From assembly GCA_045863855.1 (NCBI GenBank), contig BTVV01000147.1, forward strand, positions 1-14,158: a stretch of DNA of 14,158 bases, given 5' to 3'. A model generated the notes under the pieces. The model saw nothing but the letters and a program-made list of their open reading frames with translations, was not told the origin of the DNA and ran no database searches. Made by a program: the position numbers and the translations under genes. The DNA is from Planctomycetota bacterium (lineage in GTDB: Bacteria > Planctomycetota > SZUA-567 > H5-PLA8). Below are positions 8,717 to 14,158 of this stretch, one piece after another (positions within the stretch are counted from its first letter, which is position 1; every line of letters begins with the position of its first letter).

Positions 8717-10447
8717 CTATTCGGGAGCCGAGGCCTGGGTACCCGCCAAGCGCGCCTTTCGCGCTTCCAGTTCGACGTGAAACTGGTCGGGATGAGGAGC
8801 GGGGCCGGCCGGTTGCGTGCGCCCCCACCAGTCGGTGAACGTTTCGCCGGACGTGCGCTGGGCCTTGAACGATTCGAGGTATGGCCGCACGGCGCCGGGA
8901 ATCTCTTCGAGATCGCAAGTCTTCATGGCCAGTCCGGCCATGCGGTCGCCACGGTGCGAGCCGCCGATGTAGACGGCATACTTGTCGATGCCGCGCCCAA
9001 CGAACGCGAAGTCGGCGTTGTAGGGGCGTGCGCAACCGTTGGGGCAGCCGGTCATGCGGAAGAGAATCGACTCGTCTTGCAGGCCCAGTTCCTTGAGCAC
9101 TCCGTCGATCCGGTTCATCAGATCGGGGAAGACGCGCTCGCTTTCGGAAAGCGCCAGCTTGCAGGTGGGCAGTGCTGTGCAGGCGATGCCCATGCGGTGC
9201 GGGCGCGTGTAATCGGCAGCGGGCAGAATGCCGTGCTTTTGGAGGTGCGCGTCGATCTCGGCGCGGTCGTCCGGGTTCAGGTGGCAGAAGATCACGTTTT
9301 GGTTGGCGGTGAGGCGAACTTCGCACTTGAAGCGTTCGACGAGCGTGCGCAGCGCCGTCCGGATTCTCGGGCCGCCGTCGAAGTCCTTGATCCGACCGGA
9401 CTCGATTTTGACACCGAGGAATAGCTTGCCGTCGCCTTGCTCGTGCCAGCCCAGCCAGTCTTCGGTGCTGCCGAGCTTCAGGTTCTTAGGCGCCTCGAAC
9501 TTTACGCCCGGCAAGCGCGACTTGGTCTCGTCGATCAGCCACTGCACGCCGCGTTCGACGATCTGGTACTTCAGGCGCGCGTGCTTGCGGTTCTCGCGGT
9601 CGCCGAAATCGCGGAAGGTGGCGATTACGGCTTTGGCCACATCCACCACGTGCTCCTTGCCGACGTAATACAGCGGCACGGCCAGGAAGGGGTAGGTGGC
9701 CTTCTTGCCGTGATCCATGCCGAATCCGCCGCCGGCGAGGACGGTGTAGCCTTCGACCTTCCCATTGGGCGCATGCGCCACAAACGTGAGATCGTGGGCG
9801 TAGGCATCGATATCGTTGCGGGGACCCGCCAGGATCGCGGACTTGAACTTCCGCGGCAGGTAGACGTCCTTATAGAGCGGATCAGGCTCGTCTTCGCGCT
9901 TGAGTTTTTCGCCATCGAGCCAGACATCGAAGTAAGCGCGCGTTTTGGGCAGCGTTGCGGCGGAGAGCTGCTGCGCGGCTTCCTGAATATCACGGTACAT
10001 CGGTTCTGCGAAAGGCGCGGGCGTGGCGACCACGTTGCGCTCGACATCGCCGCAGCCTCCGAAAGTGGTGACTTCGGCCGCGTAGATTTTCTGAATCAGT
10101 TCCTTCACGTTGCCCAGCAGCACGCCGTGAAACTGAAAGTCCTGGCGCGTGGTGACGCGCAGCGAGCCGTTGCCCAGGTCGCCGCAGATCTGGTCCATGG
10201 CGAGGTATTGCGCAGCACTCAATTTTCCGCCGGGCAGCTTGCAGCGGACCATCAGAATGTAGGCCGGCTCTTGTTTGGCCTTGATCCGCGCCATGCGCTC
10301 GTCACGGTCGTCTTCCTGGTACAGTCCGTGGAACTTGATGACGTGCTGGTCGGTATCGTTGAAACAGGCGTCCTTGCGCGCGAGCGTTTCGGCGATGGTG
10401 CCACGCAGCCCCTGGCTGTTCTTTTTGACTTCCTCAACGTTTCCCAT
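8717..10447 (-). CDS. cysI: Assimilatory sulfite reductase, siroheme-[4Fe-4S] hemoprotein (CysI/Sir)
   Basis: VEEVKKNSQGLRGTI, IKFHGLYQEDDRD, LRVTTRQDFQFHGV, CGDVERNV, YLPRKFK, RENRKHARLKY, plus cluster ligands ACTALPTCKLA and MTGCPNGCARPY; 576 aa. Confidence 0.95.
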   Translation of the reverse strand: MGNVEEVKKNSQGLRGTIAETLARKDACFNDTDQHVIKFHGLYQEDDRDERMARIKAKQEPAYILMVRCKLPGGKLSAAQYLAMDQICGDLGNGSLRVTTRQDFQFHGVLLGNVKELIQKIYAAEVTTFGGCGDVERNVVATPAPFAEPMYRDIQEAAQQLSAATLPKTRAYFDVWLDGEKLKREDEPDPLYKDVYLPRKFKSAILAGPRNDIDAYAHDLTFVAHAPNGKVEGYTVLAGGGFGMDHGKKATYPFLAVPLYYVGKEHVVDVAKAVIATFRDFGDRENRKHARLKYQIVERGVQWLIDETKSRLPGVKFEAPKNLKLGSTEDWLGWHEQGDGKLFLGVKIESGRIKDFDGGPRIRTALRTLVERFKCEVRLTANQNVIFCHLNPDDRAEIDAHLQKHGILPAADYTRPHRMGIACTALPTCKLALSESERVFPDLMNRIDGVLKELGLQDESILFRMTGCPNGCARPYNADFAFVGRGIDKYAVYIGGSHRGDRMAGLAMKTCDLEEIPGAVRPYLESFKAQRTSGETFTDWWGRTQPAGPAPHPDQFHVELEARKARLAGTQASAPE

Positions 10448-10501
10448 GGTGCGTGAAGCATCCCCCGGAGTCTATGGTCTTTCCTGCTGCCCCAATAATG
10501 C

Positions 10502-10531
10502 ACCATATCACGCACCGTGCATGTGCAGCAA
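10502..10531 (-). promoter_or_regulatory. Candidate sigma70-type promoter for cysI
   Basis: Minus strand TTGCTG-18 nt-TATGGT with an extended TGn motif, about 55 nt upstream of the ATG. An alternative -10 (TAGACT) lies nearer the start. Confidence 0.3.
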
Positions 10532-10619
10532 GGTAAGCCGCCCACTAGGAGGGAGCTTAACCGCAGTAAACGATTCAATGCCAGTGGGTTATTGGGAGGG
10601 CGAAGCGGGCCGATGGGTG

Positions 10620-11861
10620 CTAGCGGTCCTCTTCTTCTTCAATCACCGTAGAGTCGGGAGGTGTTCGCCTGTTGATATCGAGGAGGGGTGGAGGCGGTGG
10701 CGGTTCGACGGGCGGCTTGGATGCGAATGGAGCAGGTCCCACGGATTCCACGGCGGGTTTGGCTTCGGGATCGCCGGGGAAGCGGACCCCTTGTTTTCGG
10801 AAGTAGGTCATCCAGGCCACGGTATCGACGCCATAATCCTCTCCAGTCCATTTCTGGAGGAATCGGGCCGCATCACGCTCCCGAGTCTTAATGGTGAGTT
10901 GGAATACGATAGAGGGAATCGCCGGTGGTCCGATGCGCCGGAGGAGAAACTCGGCATGGGAAGCTACGGCGCGATTGCGATGCGACAGATCGGCGGCGAG
11001 AATCACAGCCGCGGGCGCTCCGATTTCAACGATGATGTCCTCCAGCTGTTTGATCAGGTCACGGTTTCGCTCCATGCCTTCTTCATGAGGATCGTTCATC
11101 GCCGTGATCTTGGCCAGGATCTCCTGGCGCTCGGTCTCCAGGGATTCCAACTGCATGCGGGCTCGATCCGGGTGAATATCCGGCGCCGGCCCCATTCGGA
11201 GTTTCTCGATTTCCATCTGCACGATGACCAGCCGTTCGCTCAACTTCTTGGCTTCAGGGGAGATGTCCCGAGCAGCGAAACGAAGTTCTTGGACAATCGT
11301 GTCCCATAAGTAGGGAACCCCTTGAGGTCCGAGTTGAACGAAGATTCTGGAGATGCCTTCGCGCGCGCCGTTCCGGTCACGGGTGAACGAAGGGAACTCT
11401 TCAGGCCGCACGTTGACTTCGTTGATGTACTGCGCACTTCGAATCAATTCCTGAATAAACCACTTCTGTTTATCGGCCTTGGTCTGGCCCGGAATCATGG
11501 TACTACGTGCACGCTCCTCGATGGCTTTGGTCAATTCATCAATCTCGGCTTGTACCGCCTCACGCTCTTCACGGCTTGTCCTTAAAGTACGCACACGCAC
11601 TTTCAGCTCGCTGAGCCGCTTTTGCATGGATTCCAGACTGGCTAATGCGTCCGACTCGCCGCTGGAATCCCCTGTCCCAAAGCCCAGTTCCTCCTTGTGC
11701 TTTTCGAAGAACTCCTCGGGATCCTTGTAGACCATCAAAGGGCTGTGAAAGCCGTCCGCGAAAATCGCGCAGGCCCAGGACGCTACCGCAAAAAACCCGG
11801 CGCCAACGGTCCAAGCCGTCAATCGGCCCGGTGCAAAATGCCGCCAGATCGCTCGTGCCAT
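10620..11861 (-). CDS. Hypothetical exported/membrane-anchored protein with coiled coils, HEAT-like repeats and polyproline tail
   Basis: ATG 11861 with GGAG 8 nt upstream (track start GTG 11879). Hydrophobic segment AWTVGAGFFAVASWACAIFA, heptad-rich helices, HEAT-like IVEIGAPAAVILAADL / LRRIGPPAIPSIVFQL, LQKWTGEDYGVDTVAWMTYF motif, PPPPPP and an acidic C-terminus. Confidence 0.75.
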   Translation of the reverse strand: MARAIWRHFAPGRLTAWTVGAGFFAVASWACAIFADGFHSPLMVYKDPEEFFEKHKEELGFGTGDSSGESDALASLESMQKRLSELKVRVRTLRTSREEREAVQAEIDELTKAIEERARSTMIPGQTKADKQKWFIQELIRSAQYINEVNVRPEEFPSFTRDRNGAREGISRIFVQLGPQGVPYLWDTIVQELRFAARDISPEAKKLSERLVIVQMEIEKLRMGPAPDIHPDRARMQLESLETERQEILAKITAMNDPHEEGMERNRDLIKQLEDIIVEIGAPAAVILAADLSHRNRAVASHAEFLLRRIGPPAIPSIVFQLTIKTRERDAARFLQKWTGEDYGVDTVAWMTYFRKQGVRFPGDPEAKPAVESVGPAPFASKPPVEPPPPPPLLDINRRTPPDSTVIEEEEDR

Positions 11862-11899
11862 TTCGATACTCCGCAACACCGGGATTCCTGTATCACTCC

Positions 11900-11926
11900 G
11901 ACGCCGGCCAACGCTTATTCGTGACG
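11900..11926 (-). promoter_or_regulatory. Candidate ECF sigma-factor promoter (ECF41-like)
   Basis: Minus strand CGTCACG-16 nt-CGTC, compared with the ECF41 consensus TGTCACA-n16-CGTC; about 38 nt upstream of ATG 11861. Confidence 0.3.
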
Positions 11927-12016
11927 GGAACTTTTGGTGCCTGCTAGACGAGGCCGTGGCTTGGAGTTACGGTGATTGCGCGCCAAACCATTTGGATTCA
12001 AAGGAGCTTGAAACTC

Positions 12017-14026
12017 GTGACCGACCGCTTGAACAGACCTTGGTGCGCAAACCAGGTTCGGCTTACACACGGTACGATGAGGGTCTGGGCCGCTCTTATT
12101 TTGATCTTCCTGAGCGGTTGCGAATCGGTGCAAGAGGAAGCTCCGGCGCCGCCGCCTGCCCCTGCCCCTGCCCCTGCCCCTGCCCAAGCGACTGACCTCA
12201 CTCGCGCGCAAGGCTTCGACGGGGTCTCGGCGGCGGAGTTCGACCCGCAGGCGGTTCTCGCTCACGCGGTTTACCTGGCTTCGGAAAAGCTTGAAGGTCG
12301 CCAGCCGGCCACCGAAGGGTGCCGCCTAGCGCGGGATTACATCGTCGAGCGCTTCAGGAAATGGGGTTTGGAGCCCGGCGGTGTAGCGGATGGCGATAAG
12401 CGTTCCTATTTGCAGCCTTTCGAATTTGTGAGCGGCGTACAACTGGGTAAAGCGACCCACCTGACCTTCCTTGCGGAAGGGAAAGACAAGCAGGTTTATA
12501 AGCTGGAAGCCGATTTTGTGCCGCTGCGTATGAGCGGATCGTTGAAAGAAGAGCAACCCGTAGAATTGGTCTTCGCGGGATACGCGATCAGCGATCCGAA
12601 GAACGGTTACGATGATTTCGCCGGTTTGGAGGTGAAGGACAAGTTGGTCGTCGCTTTGCGAGGAGAGCCCGAGACGCCCGCGGGGAAACGTATTGGGAAA
12701 GGCGAGGCCGATCCTCACGCACCGCCTAGCGTCTATTCGGATCTCTTCTATAAAGTCGCGACCGCTCGCGACCAAGGCGCGCGTGCGTTGCTGGTGACGA
12801 CGGGTTTTCGCAACACGACTGAAGCAGAACGCGAAACGTTGCTGCCCTTCGCTCAAGGCGGACGCGTACCCGGCGGTTTGCCGGCGCTGCAAGCCCGCAC
12901 GCCAGTGGTGGCCGATTGGTTCCGCGCGGCCGGCCTGGATCTGGAAGCCCTGCAGAAGCAGATCGACGCTGAGTTGAAGCCGCAGAGCCGCGCGATGGCC
13001 GAGGTCCGGGTATCTCTTGGCGTAGAGATCGAGCGGACGCGCGCGAGCACCGAGAATGTGCTGGGCGTGCTGCCGGGTACGGACCCGGTGCTGAAGGACG
13101 AGATTGTCGTCCTCGGCGCGCATTACGACCACCTGGGCCGGGGCAACGAATTCTCGCTGGCCGACAAGACCGACTTGAGCGCCAAGAAGATTCATTACGG
13201 CGCCGACGACAACGCTTCGGGCAGCGCGGTCCTGCTCGAACTGGCGCGCGCATTGGGTGAACGCAAGGCCGCTCTTAAGCGCACGGTCTGGTTCATGGCG
13301 TTTTCGGCCGAGGAACTCGGCACGCTGGGCTCGCTGTACCTGGTCAAGGAACCGCCGGCAGGGCTGGAGGTGAAACGCATCGCGGCGATGGTGAATCTCG
13401 ATATGGTCGGCCGGCTGCGCGAGGAGAAGCTGCATGCCATCGGAACCGGAACGGGGCAAGGTTTCGATAAACTTTTGGAGGCAGTCAACGCGCCCTACGG
13501 GTTTACGATCAAGACGACGGAGGACGGCTTCGGCGGGAGCGACCACTTGGCTTTCGTGAATCACGGCGTACCGGTGCTGTTCTTTTTCACCGGATCGCAT
13601 ACCGACTACCACAAGCCGACGGATACCGCAGAAAAGTTGAATGCGCCGGGCATGGCAAAAATCGGCGCGTTCGTCTTCGATACGGCGGCGCGGTTAATTC
13701 AGGCGCCGCAGCGGCCGGCGTATGTGAAAATCGAGCCGAAGTCGCGCCCGGTGATGGGCATGGGTGGAGTGCGCCTGGGGACGCTTCCGGATTACAGCTT
13801 CGAAGGCAAAGGCCTGCGCCTTCAAGGCGTGCGCGGCGGCGGGCCGGCCGACAAAGCCGGGCTCAAGCAGGGCGACACGATCATTCTATTGGCCGGCAAG
13901 CGGATCGAGACGATTCAGGACTTCATGAACGTATTGCGGCAGTGTAAGCCGGGCGAAGCGATCGAGATCGTTGTGATCCGCGAAGGCCAGGAAGTGACGT
14001 TGAAGGTCACACCCGAACAGGGATAG
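12017..14026 (+). CDS. M28 family metallopeptidase (aminopeptidase) lipoprotein with PA domain and C-terminal PDZ domain
   Basis: GTG 12017 follows SD AAGGAG (12001-12006); alternative starts are ATG 12077 and the track start 11972. Lipobox LSGC. M28 motifs GAHYDHLG, GADDNASG, FSAEELG, NLDMVG, SDH, DYHKPTD. PA insert (LVFAGYAI..YDDFAGLEVKDKLVV). PDZ LGTLPDYS...GGPADKAGLKQGDTI. Confidence 0.95.
   Translation: MTDRLNRPWCANQVRLTHGTMRVWAALILIFLSGCESVQEEAPAPPPAPAPAPAPAQATDLTRAQGFDGVSAAEFDPQAVLAHAVYLASEKLEGRQPATEGCRLARDYIVERFRKWGLEPGGVADGDKRSYLQPFEFVSGVQLGKATHLTFLAEGKDKQVYKLEADFVPLRMSGSLKEEQPVELVFAGYAISDPKNGYDDFAGLEVKDKLVVALRGEPETPAGKRIGKGEADPHAPPSVYSDLFYKVATARDQGARALLVTTGFRNTTEAERETLLPFAQGGRVPGGLPALQARTPVVADWFRAAGLDLEALQKQIDAELKPQSRAMAEVRVSLGVEIERTRASTENVLGVLPGTDPVLKDEIVVLGAHYDHLGRGNEFSLADKTDLSAKKIHYGADDNASGSAVLLELARALGERKAALKRTVWFMAFSAEELGTLGSLYLVKEPPAGLEVKRIAAMVNLDMVGRLREEKLHAIGTGTGQGFDKLLEAVNAPYGFTIKTTEDGFGGSDHLAFVNHGVPVLFFFTGSHTDYHKPTDTAEKLNAPGMAKIGAFVFDTAARLIQAPQRPAYVKIEPKSRPVMGMGGVRLGTLPDYSFEGKGLRLQGVRGGGPADKAGLKQGDTIILLAGKRIETIQDFMNVLRQCKPGEAIEIVVIREGQEVTLKVTPEQG
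12155..12184 (+). repeat. Perfect (CCTGCC)5 simple sequence repeat encoding (PA)5 linker
   Basis: Five identical hexamers shortly after the lipobox Cys. Confidence 0.9.
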
Positions 14027-14062
14027 CCGCCGATCTTCCGGAGAAGCGTGCGCCGGCGCGCG

Positions 14063-14068
14063 TATAAT
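14063..14068 (+). promoter_or_regulatory. Consensus -10 box TATAAT immediately before ATG 14077
   Basis: Perfect TATAAT in a GC-rich context, 8 nt before an ATG with no SD; no clear -35. Confidence 0.5.
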
Positions 14069-14076
14069 ACGGACGC

Positions 14077-14158
14077 ATGGCGACACGCGTCCTTAGAGCC
14101 TCCAGCTACTTCGAGCCCGGCAGGCTCCCGTTGCGGGTGCTGCAGGCGCACCACGGCG
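14077..14158 (+). CDS. Partial CDS running off the window; N-terminus loosely resembles AraC/RhaS-type cupin regulators
   Basis: Open frame MATRVLRASSYFEPGRLPLRVLQAHHG to the window end, preceded by TATAAT. Only 27 codons are visible, so the product call is tentative. Confidence 0.4.
   Translation, partial: MATRVLRASSYFEPGRLPLRVLQAHHG

Noticed and set aside
8706..9326. 207-codon open extension of the aldolase frame inside cysI (possible frameshift fusion or overlapping gene)
   Set aside because: Arg/Pro-rich shadow-frame composition typical of GC-rich DNA; no slippery site noticed; the HpcH domain is complete from GTG 8705.
10541..10600. Possible tRNA, SRP RNA, or SAM-I/SAM-II riboswitch in the cysI upstream region
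   Set aside because: No GTTCGA T-loop or cloverleaf, no SRP CAGG..GGAA..AGCAG motif, and no SAM-I ATC/GAT core. Retained only as an unclassified structure.
10275..11309. 344-aa plus-strand ORF (also 6929-7843, 7932-8780 and 9437-10456)
   Set aside because: These overlap cysI and the other minus-strand genes in antisense and show no protein-like domain signal.
1..14158. CRISPR array, transposase/integrase, retron or defence system
   Set aside because: No spaced direct repeats, terminal inverted repeats, or nuclease/RT/recombinase motifs were recognised in any ORF.

Overview
GC-rich (visually ~60-65%) bacterial chromosomal window with ten complete CDSs and one probable partial CDS at the right edge. 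Gene content (secreted TPR protein, HEAT-like helical modules, CBM9-like protein, PA/PDZ-M28 lipoprotein) is suggestive of the PVC group/Planctomycetota (inference only). Plus-strand block: secreted TPR protein with an N-G-H repeat tail, a strong intrinsic terminator, a stand-alone tRNA-binding (MetG C-terminal/Trbp111/CsaA) OB-fold gene, an uncharacterised 745-aa glycoside-hydrolase-like TIM-barrel protein, a thioredoxin-like [2Fe-2S] ferredoxin and a DJ-1/YajL protein. Converging minus-strand block: a coiled-coil/HEAT hypothetical protein, a siroheme sulfite reductase (CysI/Sir), an HpcH/HpaI aldolase and a secreted CBM9-like protein. An M28 lipoprotein peptidase is transcribed divergently. 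No mobile element, CRISPR array, tRNA or rRNA was recognised. Best leads: a DasR/NagR-type dre-like operator before the unknown hydrolase, an orphan sulfite reductase coupled to an aldolase and a sugar-binding protein, and a multi-helix, potentially switchable intergenic element upstream of the sulfite reductase. All of these are hypotheses, not demonstrated systems.
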